DNA from: Methylophaga frappieri
GTDB lineage: Bacteria; Pseudomonadota; Gammaproteobacteria; Nitrosococcales; Methylophagaceae
Reading direction: 5' to 3'
Assembly (NCBI RefSeq): GCF_000260965.1
Contig: NC_017856.1
Coordinates: forward strand, 1,110,001 to 1,142,000
DNA: 32,000 bases
This document shows positions 15,234-23,301 of the stretch, in pieces. The notes under the pieces were generated by a model. It was not told the origin of the DNA. It did no database searches and worked only from the letters and a program-made list of their open reading frames with translations. The first letter of the stretch is position 1. Every line of letters begins with the position of its first letter. Made by a program: the position numbers and the translations under genes.

Positions 15234-16225
15234 CCGGTCCACTCACTTGGCTTCGTAACCTCAAAAAAGACTACGTTCACCCCAACAAGTTACATAAAAT
15301 TGGGGTCATGGGGATGAATCAGCGCAATATTTCTTATATTAGCCGCTATAATCCGCGTCATTTGTATCCACTGGTGGATGACAAATTAAAAACCAAGGAA
15401 ATTGCGCTGGAAGCCGGCGTGAAAGTGCCGGATTTGATTGGCACCATTGATCACCAGCATGCGGTTAAGGAATTAGGCAATTTGCTGCCCCACAATCGCG
15501 GATTTTGCATCAAGCCCGCTAACGGCTCTGGTGGGAAAGGGATTCTGGTGGTGACCCGCCAAGATGAAAATGGCTATCGGAAATCCAATGGTCAATATGC
15601 AACGATTGGCGATTTAGAACGTCATGTATCGAATATTCTGGCAGGTCTGTTTTCGTTGGGTGGCAAGGCAGATGTCGCGATCATTGAAGACTTGATTCAC
15701 TTTGATGATTGTTTCAGCGGCTTCAGTTATGAAGGTGTACCGGATACCCGCGTTGTCATTTTTAAAGGCTTTCCGGTCATGGCAATGATGCGGCTTTCCA
15801 CGCGCGATTCCAATGGCAAAGCCAATCTGCATCAAGGGGCCGTGGGTGTCGGGCTGGATATTGCTGATGGACACGCCTTACGCGCAGTGCAATTTGATAA
15901 GCCTGTCCTACAACATCCGGATACCGGCATTAATTTGATGAGCCTGCAAATTCCGCATTGGGAAACGCTGCTTAATCTTGCTGTTTCCTGTTATGAAATG
16001 TCCGGCCTGGGTTATCTTGGTACCGACATTGTGTTGGATCGCTACCAGGGCCCGATGCTGCTGGAACTGAATGCGCGCCCAGGCCTGACCATTCAGATTG
16101 CCAATGGCACAGGCCTGTTGCCACGTTTGCAGCACATTGAAAGTCTGGGGAAAAAACAGCGCATGAAGCCGGAAGACCGGGTTGCCTATGCACGTGAACA
16201 TTTCGGGGTAAATATTAACGTTTAG
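15230..16225 (+). CDS. Alpha-L-glutamate ligase-related ATP-grasp protein (RimK-related)
   Basis: 331 aa. GMNQRNISYISRYNPRHLYPLVDDKLKTKEIALEAGVKVPDLIG, the glycine-rich loop CIKPANGSGGKGILVV, and LGTDIVLDRYQGPMLLELNARPG (metal-binding E-x-N). There is a 4 nt ATGA overlap with the upstream gene. Confidence 0.85.
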   Translation: MTGPLTWLRNLKKDYVHPNKLHKIGVMGMNQRNISYISRYNPRHLYPLVDDKLKTKEIALEAGVKVPDLIGTIDHQHAVKELGNLLPHNRGFCIKPANGSGGKGILVVTRQDENGYRKSNGQYATIGDLERHVSNILAGLFSLGGKADVAIIEDLIHFDDCFSGFSYEGVPDTRVVIFKGFPVMAMMRLSTRDSNGKANLHQGAVGVGLDIADGHALRAVQFDKPVLQHPDTGINLMSLQIPHWETLLNLAVSCYEMSGLGYLGTDIVLDRYQGPMLLELNARPGLTIQIANGTGLLPRLQHIESLGKKQRMKPEDRVAYAREHFGVNINV

Positions 16226-16234
16226 CGGGAGCCA

Positions 16235-16957
16235 ATGATGACGGAGAAGCCATACTTTTTGCCGGCCGTAAGCTTGGGGATTTGTCTTTTGATTGGTCTG
16301 GCATTGCTGGGCAGTTTACTGGGCACCGCGTTGCTGGATATGAAGCAACTCGAACGCAGTGTTACGGTAAAAGGCTTGTCAGAACACGAATATGAAGCAG
16401 ATATTGTCATTTGGCCAATTCAGTTTACCGAAGCCGATAATGATCTCAACCGTCTTTATCAGCGCATGGAATCAGGTACGCGTAAAGTTCGCGATTTTTT
16501 AACTGACAAAGCGATTGCAGACAGCGAAATCACCATTAATGCCCCGGCGATAACCGACAAGTCAGCCCAACAATATGGTGGCGCAAGACCCGATTTTCGT
16601 TATACCGCTTCGCAAACCGTGACTGTCTACTCTGAAAACATTGCCGCCGTGCGTCAGGCAATGTCCGACATGGCCGAGCTGGGCAAACAAGGTCTGGTTC
16701 TGACCGGCAATAATTACATGGCTCAAAGTGAGTATCTGTTTACCCGGCTGAATGAGATCAAACCACAAATGATCGAAGAAGCAACTCGAAATGCGCGTGA
16801 AGTCGCAGAGAAGTTTGCTGAAGATTCCAATAGTAATCTGGGCAAAATTAAACAAGCTTCGCAAGGCCAATTCAGCATTTATGCGCGTGACAACAATAAT
16901 CCGCACATCAAAAAAGTGCGCGTTGTTTCGACTATTGAGTATTACTTATCAGATTAA
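16235..16957 (+). CDS. Membrane-anchored SIMPL/DUF541-family protein
   Basis: N-terminal TM segment (YFLPAVSLGICLLIGLALLGSLLGTALL) followed by RSVTVKGLSEHEYEADIV... and ...AREVAEKFAEDSNSNLGKIKQASQGQFSI, which resemble the SIMPL pattern. It starts 9 nt after the ligase stop, with GGGAG upstream. The ATG at 16238 is an alternative start. Confidence 0.6.
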   Translation: MMTEKPYFLPAVSLGICLLIGLALLGSLLGTALLDMKQLERSVTVKGLSEHEYEADIVIWPIQFTEADNDLNRLYQRMESGTRKVRDFLTDKAIADSEITINAPAITDKSAQQYGGARPDFRYTASQTVTVYSENIAAVRQAMSDMAELGKQGLVLTGNNYMAQSEYLFTRLNEIKPQMIEEATRNAREVAEKFAEDSNSNLGKIKQASQGQFSIYARDNNNPHIKKVRVVSTIEYYLSD

Positions 16958-16968
16958 TCGCAATCACA

Positions 16969-16994
16969 GCGCCGCCAATTAGACACGGCGGCGC
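16969..16994. terminator. GC-rich hairpin between convergent genes (8 bp perfect stem GCGCCGCC/GGCGGCGC, 10 nt loop)
   Basis: Read directly from the sequence. It lies 12 nt after the SIMPL gene stop. The T-tract is weak. Confidence 0.45.
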
Positions 16995-17034
16995 CAGTAT
17001 TGCCTGATCCTGTCAGCCGATTTTCCCGTCGGAT

Positions 17035-18051
17035 TTATGTTGATTTTATCTCGACCAGACGACGCTCACGTATGGATTGTAATGCTGCCGACATCGCCGC
17101 ACAGTTCCCCTTGGCATCGGCAAAGCTGAGAACCGTTGGTTTGTGGTTCAAAGCACAGTCCGAGAAATGCTGAATTTCCCGAACAAACTGATCTGCCGCA
17201 GCCAGCCGGACTGTCTCCTGCTGACCAGCTTCTGTCCACCAGGAAATAATCGGCTCCTCTTCAGCCGGTTGCCAGACCTGATGACAGCGAATTCCGCCCA
17301 ACGTGCCGATGATTTCATAAACACTGCGACGGGCATGTTCAAAACTGATCTCAAACTGCGCATATCGGCCGGCGCCAAAATCAAACTGCCCAGCCAGACT
17401 CAAGTCCGCACTGTGATCATTTAGATTTGCCATGGCGAATGCGGCTGTTGGTTCACCATCAAACCACATCCGTGCCGTGTGAACCGCATACGGACCAATA
17501 TCCCACATTGCTCCGCCACCATTATCTATACTGCGATTAACGCGATACAGGCGTGCTGGCTTCATGGGAAAAGCAAAATGGGTATTGACCACCCGAACCT
17601 CACCAATGGCACCGGACTCAATAATTTCACGCACTGCTTCATGCTGCGGATGAAACCGGTACATGAACCCTTCCATTACCGTGACACCCGCTTGTTCTGC
17701 CGCCGATTCAATGGCGGTAATATCGGCAACGGTCAGTGCCATCGGTTTCTCAATCAAGACATGTTTACCTGCTGCAATCGCTTTCAGCGCCCATTCAGCA
17801 TGCTCTTCGTTGGCCATCGGTAAATAAATGGCATCAATATCCGGTCTGTCCAGTAAAACTTGTGGATCATCAAGTGCTTCAACCGGCTGACCCGCCGCAT
17901 ATTTCTCGAGCGCCTCTGCTGCCGCGCCAGAACGCCGACTTGCAACGGCTACCAGTACCGCATTATCAGCCTCCAGTATCGCCGGAATCAGTTTTTCTAC
18001 AACACGGGCAGCGCCAAGAACGCCCCATTTCAACGCAGGTGAATTTGCCAT
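17035..18051 (-). CDS. Gfo/Idh/MocA family NAD(P)-dependent oxidoreductase
   Basis: N-terminal Rossmann signature KWGVLGAARVVEKLIPAI, the EKP motif (VLIEKPMAL), and a length of 338 aa. Confidence 0.85.
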   Translation of the reverse strand: MANSPALKWGVLGAARVVEKLIPAILEADNAVLVAVASRRSGAAAEALEKYAAGQPVEALDDPQVLLDRPDIDAIYLPMANEEHAEWALKAIAAGKHVLIEKPMALTVADITAIESAAEQAGVTVMEGFMYRFHPQHEAVREIIESGAIGEVRVVNTHFAFPMKPARLYRVNRSIDNGGGAMWDIGPYAVHTARMWFDGEPTAAFAMANLNDHSADLSLAGQFDFGAGRYAQFEISFEHARRSVYEIIGTLGGIRCHQVWQPAEEEPIISWWTEAGQQETVRLAAADQFVREIQHFSDCALNHKPTVLSFADAKGNCAAMSAALQSIRERRLVEIKST

Positions 18052-18178
18052 CAGTAGCTCCTCGTCTGAATAGTTGCCTCATGATAACGGCCTCATCGCC
18101 GTTCGCCAAACAGATGGTTTTTAATCCTCGGTTTTTGGCTTATGCTTAAGCTCCCAAAAATAGTTGAAGGAGAACAAC

Positions 18179-18691
18179 ATGGCGATTGAAACCGGACAAT
18201 CTATTCCCGCCGGTAAACTGACAGAATGTGTTGAATTTGATCCGCATAATGGTTGCCCAATGAATCCGCAGCCTTTGGATGTACAGGAAATGGCCAACGG
18301 TAAAACCATCGTTTTGTTTGCCGTTCCGGGTGCTTTTACGCCACTGTGCAGCGCCCAGCACTTGCCTGGCTTTGTCGCGTTGGCTGATGAAATTAAAGCA
18401 GCCGGTGCAGATGAGATCTGGTGTATGTCGGTCAACGACGCCTTTGTCATGGCTGCCTGGGGTCGGGAAAACCAAGTCACAGGTAAAGTTCGCATGATGG
18501 CTGACGGCAGCGCTGAATATGCCAAAGCACTTGGGCTGGATCGCGATTTAACCGGTGGCGGCATGGGTATTCGCGCCTATCGCTTTGCGATGATTATCGA
18601 CAATGGTGTCGTGCGATACATCGGTGTGGAAGGCTCTGGCGAGTTTGGTAAATCAAAGGCAGAAACGATTCTCGAACAACTTAAAAAATAA
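18179..18691 (+). CDS. Peroxiredoxin, Prx5 (PrxD/type II) subfamily
   Basis: LFAVPGAFTPLCS peroxidatic-Cys motif. The ATG at 18179 is preceded by AAGGAG with a 6 nt spacer. The track's TTG start at 18164 lies inside that RBS. Confidence 0.85.
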   Translation: MAIETGQSIPAGKLTECVEFDPHNGCPMNPQPLDVQEMANGKTIVLFAVPGAFTPLCSAQHLPGFVALADEIKAAGADEIWCMSVNDAFVMAAWGRENQVTGKVRMMADGSAEYAKALGLDRDLTGGGMGIRAYRFAMIIDNGVVRYIGVEGSGEFGKSKAETILEQLKK

Positions 18692-18698
18692 GTATCAC

Positions 18699-18727
18699 AC
18701 CACCAGCAGGTCTATCCTGCTGGTGGT
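18699..18727. terminator. Perfect 12 bp hairpin (ACCACCAGCAGG-tctat-CCTGCTGGTGGT) between convergent prx and rpiA
   Basis: Read directly from the sequence. It lies 7 nt after the prx stop and immediately abuts the rpiA stop codon (18728-18730). There is no strong U-tract. Confidence 0.5.
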
Positions 18728-19423
18728 TCAATCCGCCGTTAACCGAATCACGCCTTGTGCCTTGCCAATTAAGACCTCACTGGCAAGCAGATAAAAAATA
18801 CCATGTTCAACTACCCCCGGCAGAGTTGACAGCAGTTGATTAAGGTTTTTCAAGGTAATATCGGTAAAGGTCATATCCAGTACAAGATTGCCATCCGCAC
18901 TATAAAATACATTGTCCCCGGCCGCATTTGGCCGCAAGCTGCCCTGCCCACCTTGTTGCTGCAACGCAGCCTGAACGAGTTGCCAACAATCGGGCGCCAC
19001 TTCTACCGGTATGGGATGCTTTTCACCAATCTGGCGAACCTGCTTGCTTTCATCGACCAACACCACAAATTGATCCGCGTGTCTTGCTAATAACTTTTCT
19101 TTGACCAAATCCTGGCCACGGCCTTTGAGCAGACTCAAGTCGTCACTTACCTCATCCGCACCATCCACGTACATATCCAAACCTGACAACTGGTTAATAC
19201 TCAGGACACTCAAGCCGGCCTTAATGGCGCGGTTATGACTAATAACCGAGCTGGCAACAACACGCAACTGCAACTCTTCCTGCCGACTACGCTGCGCCAG
19301 CGCATCAATAAACAGATTGGCTGTTGATCCGGTTCCCAGCCCAACTATCATCCCATTTTCCACCATATTCGCTGCCTGTTCAGCTACCTGTTGTTTAGGA
19401 TTCACAGCCGGATTATTGGTCAT
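18728..19423 (-). CDS. rpiA: Ribose-5-phosphate isomerase A
   Basis: GMIVGLGTGSTANLFIDAL, YVDGADEV, LLKGRGQDLVKEK and VVEHGIF are RpiA signatures. Confidence 0.92.
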   Translation of the reverse strand: MTNNPAVNPKQQVAEQAANMVENGMIVGLGTGSTANLFIDALAQRSRQEELQLRVVASSVISHNRAIKAGLSVLSINQLSGLDMYVDGADEVSDDLSLLKGRGQDLVKEKLLARHADQFVVLVDESKQVRQIGEKHPIPVEVAPDCWQLVQAALQQQGGQGSLRPNAAGDNVFYSADGNLVLDMTFTDITLKNLNQLLSTLPGVVEHGIFYLLASEVLIGKAQGVIRLTAD

Positions 19424-19500
19424 CAGAGCGCTCCTGTTATGGTTGGCAAAAATTTCTGACAGCTTATCATGTCTTTTTTGTCTTGCGACGGAGTTCTGTT

Positions 19501-20388
19501 ATGACAGATTTGAATGCCATCATTACGGAAATTGAATTAGCAACAGGGGAAAACTGTCAGCCTTTTCAAAGTCGCAGTATTGGTGGTGGCTGTATTAATA
19601 CAGCCTATTTATTGGAGACGCCATCTGGGGCATTTTTCGTTAAAGTGAACCGTCCGGACCTGGAACACATGTTCACCGCCGAAGCGCAAGGACTCAATGA
19701 AATGGCGGCAACTGAAAGTGTGCGTGTGCCTCAGGTAATTTGTTCAGGTCGAACCGGCAGTGATGCCTTTCTGGTTCTGGAATACATCGCGCTACGTGGC
19801 TTACGAGGTAATGCCGCCAGCACACTAGGGGAACAGCTGGCTCATATGCATACCCAGGTTCAGCCCTATTTTGGTTGGCTGATGGACAACACCATTGGCA
19901 GCACACCACAACCAAACGATCGGCAAACAAACTGGGTTACATTTTGGCAGCAATATCGTCTCGGTCACCAATATCATCTGGCAAGTCGTGCCGGCTTTGC
20001 CAGTCAGTTGCAACAAAAGGGAGAGCAGCTCATTGAGGTGGTGGCCGACTTTTTTACGGACTATCAACCCGAGCCGGCCCTGTTACACGGTGATTTATGG
20101 GGTGGTAATGCTGCTGCAGATGAACACGGGCAGCCAGTGATTTTTGATCCGGCCTGTTACTATGGCGATGCTGAAGCCGACTTGGCAATGACCGAACTTT
20201 TTGGTAGTTTCGGCTCCGACTTTTATGCCGCCTATCGCGCCGTCAGGCCAATTGATAGTGGCTATCAAACTCGAAAAACGCTCTATAACCTCTACCACAT
20301 TCTCAATCATCTGAATTTGTTCGGGGGCGGTTATCTCGGACAGGCTCAGGCCATGACGGAACAACTCTTAGCTGAAGTGAAAGGATAA
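19501..20388 (+). CDS. Fructosamine/ketosamine-3-kinase family protein (YniA-like)
   Basis: TPQPN, LLHGDLWGGN and IFDPACYYGDAEADLAM align with E. coli YniA. I prefer the ATG at 19501 (ACGGAG upstream) over the track's TTG at 19483. Confidence 0.85.
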   Translation: MTDLNAIITEIELATGENCQPFQSRSIGGGCINTAYLLETPSGAFFVKVNRPDLEHMFTAEAQGLNEMAATESVRVPQVICSGRTGSDAFLVLEYIALRGLRGNAASTLGEQLAHMHTQVQPYFGWLMDNTIGSTPQPNDRQTNWVTFWQQYRLGHQYHLASRAGFASQLQQKGEQLIEVVADFFTDYQPEPALLHGDLWGGNAAADEHGQPVIFDPACYYGDAEADLAMTELFGSFGSDFYAAYRAVRPIDSGYQTRKTLYNLYHILNHLNLFGGGYLGQAQAMTEQLLAEVKG

Positions 20389-20391
20389 CGT

Positions 20392-20862
20392 ATGCAACCT
20401 ATCAAAGTACTGTTCGTCTGCATGGGAAATATTTGTCGGTCACCGACGGCCGAAGGCGTGTTTGTGCATTTGTTAAAGCAAAATAATGCGTTAGATCGAT
20501 TCGAAGTCGACTCTGCCGGCACGCATGCCTATCATGTTGGCGAACCCGCAGACAGTCGGGCACAGCAAACTGCCCGGCAACGTGGCATAGACTTATCGTT
20601 TATCCGGGCCCGCAAATTTACTGCCAGTGATTTCGCACATTTTGATTACATTTTGGCAATGGATAGCGATAATCTGGCTATTTTACAACGCGCCTGTCCA
20701 GAGGAATATCAGCACAAGGTGCAATTGTTTTTGGATTACGCGACACAGTTTGATGAATCGGATGTGCCTGACCCGTATTACGGCGGCCCTCAAGGCTTTG
20801 AACATGTTTTTGACTTGGTCACCGATGCAGCAAGTGGGTTTTATCAAAAAATCACGCATTAG
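20392..20862 (+). CDS. Low-molecular-weight protein-tyrosine phosphatase
   Basis: P-loop VLFVCMGNICRSPTAEG (CX5R-S) and a DPYY general-acid loop (VPDPYYGG). Confidence 0.9.
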   Translation: MQPIKVLFVCMGNICRSPTAEGVFVHLLKQNNALDRFEVDSAGTHAYHVGEPADSRAQQTARQRGIDLSFIRARKFTASDFAHFDYILAMDSDNLAILQRACPEEYQHKVQLFLDYATQFDESDVPDPYYGGPQGFEHVFDLVTDAASGFYQKITH

Positions 20863-20924
20863 CAGCTTGCCATTCTGTCAACGGTGCGTATATTAAGCTG
20901 CTTTTCAATGACACAGGTTTCCTG

Positions 20925-22409
20925 ATGGACCGCTTTAATCGACGCCACGTTCCGTCTGCAATATTGTGGTTTGCAGCATTGCTTTCACTGATGTTCTCTC
21001 TGCCGGCTGTAGCCGCAGAAAGTCAGGTGGCACTGCTGGATTTGACTGGTCACTGGGTTGGCTTTGTGGCACTGGCCATTTTCTTTGTTGCCTATGCGTT
21101 GGTGATTCTCGAAGAAGAAATTCACATGCGCAAGTCCAAGCCGGTCATTGTAGCTGCCGGTCTGATTTGGGCGCTGATCGCTTTCGTATATGCGCAGCAG
21201 TCAGATCCCGTGTTTCATGAAACAGCCGGGATAATGATTCGCCACAATTTACTGGAATATGTCGAACTATTCCTATTCCTGTTAGCAGCCATGACATTTA
21301 TCAATACCATGGGTGAACGTGGCATCTTCGATGGCGTTCGGGCATGGCTGGTAAATCAAGGCTTTAGTTTACGCAGTATTTTTTGGCTGACAGGACTGAT
21401 GGCCTTCTTGATCTCGCCGGTTGCAGATAATTTAACTACGGCGTTACTGATGGCAACAGTGGTCATGACCGTCGCAGCAGGAAATCCAAAATTTATCGTG
21501 CTTGGCTGCATCAATATTGTGGTCGCTGCAAACGCCGGTGGCGCCTTTAGCCCATTTGGTGACATAACCACGCTGATGGTCTGGCAAAAGGGTGTTCTAG
21601 ATTTCCATGAGTTTTTTGCCTTGTTTTTGCCGGCGCTGGTGAATTGGCTGGTACCGGCGTTTATCCTGGCTTTTGCTATCCGTAACGTTGCATCGTTGCC
21701 AGCGCAGGAAACGGTGCAACTCAAACCCGGCGCATTGGTGATTGTCGGTTTGTTTATTGCAACAATTACGATGGCAGCAAGTGGTCATCACTTCCTGCAT
21801 CTCCCGCCGGTACTTGGCATGATGACGGGCCTTGGTTTGCTCAAGCTTTATGGTTATTGGCTCAAGTTGCAGGATCAAAAACTGCTCAGTCGGACAGAAA
21901 CTGACGGCGAAACCCCGTTTAATTTACGTGATGAAACCCAACAACATGCGCCATTCAATATTTTCAAACAATTACAACAGGCCGAATGGGATACGCTCAT
22001 GTTCTTTTACGGCATTATCCTTTGCGTGGGCGGACTGGGTACTATTGGTTATCTCAGTGTTGGTTCTGAATTACTTTATGGCGACCTAGGTCCCACAACA
22101 GCAAACATCTTGATAGGTGTCATTTCAGCGGTGATCGACAACATTCCTGTGATGTTTGCTGTGCTATCAATGATGCCGGAAATGAGTCATGGTCAATGGT
22201 TGTTAGTGACATTAACGGCTGGCGTTGGTGGTTCACTGCTGTCGATTGGGTCGGCAGCAGGTGTCGCAGTGATGGGGCAGGCCCGCGGCATTTATACCTT
22301 TTTCGCGCACCTGAAATGGATTTGGGCAATCGCGCTGGGTTATGCGCTCAGTATCTGGTTACACCTGTGGTGGAATGCTCGTTACTTTGATGCCGTACCG
22401 CTAACCTGA
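20925..22409 (+). CDS. nhaD: Na+/H+ antiporter, NhaD family
   Basis: 494 aa polytopic membrane protein. It has a signal-like N-terminus, then EEEIHMRKSKPVIVAAGLIW, FSPFGDITTLMVWQ and DNIPVMFAVL, which I recognise as NhaD-type (ArsB/NhaD superfamily). Confidence 0.72.
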   Translation: MDRFNRRHVPSAILWFAALLSLMFSLPAVAAESQVALLDLTGHWVGFVALAIFFVAYALVILEEEIHMRKSKPVIVAAGLIWALIAFVYAQQSDPVFHETAGIMIRHNLLEYVELFLFLLAAMTFINTMGERGIFDGVRAWLVNQGFSLRSIFWLTGLMAFLISPVADNLTTALLMATVVMTVAAGNPKFIVLGCINIVVAANAGGAFSPFGDITTLMVWQKGVLDFHEFFALFLPALVNWLVPAFILAFAIRNVASLPAQETVQLKPGALVIVGLFIATITMAASGHHFLHLPPVLGMMTGLGLLKLYGYWLKLQDQKLLSRTETDGETPFNLRDETQQHAPFNIFKQLQQAEWDTLMFFYGIILCVGGLGTIGYLSVGSELLYGDLGPTTANILIGVISAVIDNIPVMFAVLSMMPEMSHGQWLLVTLTAGVGGSLLSIGSAAGVAVMGQARGIYTFFAHLKWIWAIALGYALSIWLHLWWNARYFDAVPLT

Positions 22410-22410
22410 G

Positions 22411-23085
22411 TTAGAAATACAAACGCATCACTAACTGCGCAATACAGGCGACCCGTTTACTGTTTTCAATTTCGATAGTCACCTCACGAACCAATTCAAT
22501 ACTGCGTTTCATCTCACGAATATCGATAATACGGCTGTTGGCACGGATACGCATGCCGGGTTTGACCGGTGATAAAAACCGAACCTGTTCCAGACCGGTA
22601 TTCACGACCATTTTTGCTTCGGGGTAAGGATTGTGCTTCGGATCGACACTATCTGTGAGCATGGGAATCAGGGATAAGGTTAAAAATCCGTGTGCGACCG
22701 TTGACTTAAAGGGGGACTCCGTTGCAGCTCGTTGCGGATCAGTATGAATCCATTGCATATCGCCGGTTACGCTCGCAAAACGATCAATACTTTTTTGGTT
22801 TAGCGTATACCAGTCACCAACATCCTCGGTCGTCGTGAATTGCTGTTGTAACCGGACCATAACCTGACGCTGGGCAATGAGTGGGTCAATCGTTTCATGA
22901 GTCTCTGGCGGCGTTTGCCAAAAGAGTAATTGACCCCAGGGCAGGGAAATATTTCGCATGTCTGTCAACGTGCGATTGAGGCGGTTGGGTAACTCGCGCA
23001 GTGTTGCCTCCACTTTTAGCCGTAATCCGGCGTTCATGGATTCAATTTTTTCCTGACCGTGTTTTAAAGATTCAACCAGACGCAT
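22411..23085 (-). CDS. MaoC-like (R)-hydratase/dehydratase domain protein with an N-terminal extension of about 75 aa
   Basis: The hot-dog fold signature DRFASVTGDMQWIHTDPQRAATESPFKSTVAHGFLTLSLIP lies in the C-terminal 150 aa. The ATG at 23085 has a strong SD (GGAGAGG, 5 nt spacer), which supports the long form. Confidence 0.72.
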   Translation of the reverse strand: MRLVESLKHGQEKIESMNAGLRLKVEATLRELPNRLNRTLTDMRNISLPWGQLLFWQTPPETHETIDPLIAQRQVMVRLQQQFTTTEDVGDWYTLNQKSIDRFASVTGDMQWIHTDPQRAATESPFKSTVAHGFLTLSLIPMLTDSVDPKHNPYPEAKMVVNTGLEQVRFLSPVKPGMRIRANSRIIDIREMKRSIELVREVTIEIENSKRVACIAQLVMRLYF

Positions 23086-23301
23086 ACTGACCTCTCCATG
23101 GTTACTATAGCTGAATGACGAGAATCTGACACTACTTCATGCCATCAAAGTAAACTCAGCATAATCTATGCCATGATTAATCGACGTGTTCTCTCGTGAT
23201 CATCGGAAAAAACCCATGTCGGAACACGGTTATCCGTGGCACAACAAGGCTTCAGCAGGTACAATTAGCGCTTTAAAACTTCCATTGGGCATCATCGCGC
23301 C

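Noticed and set aside
20861-20905. A possible terminator after the phosphatase gene (AGCAGCTT...AAGCTGCT-TTTT).
   Set aside because: The 8 bp stem is real, but the loop is 26 nt, which is too large for a confident intrinsic terminator. I did not list it as a feature.
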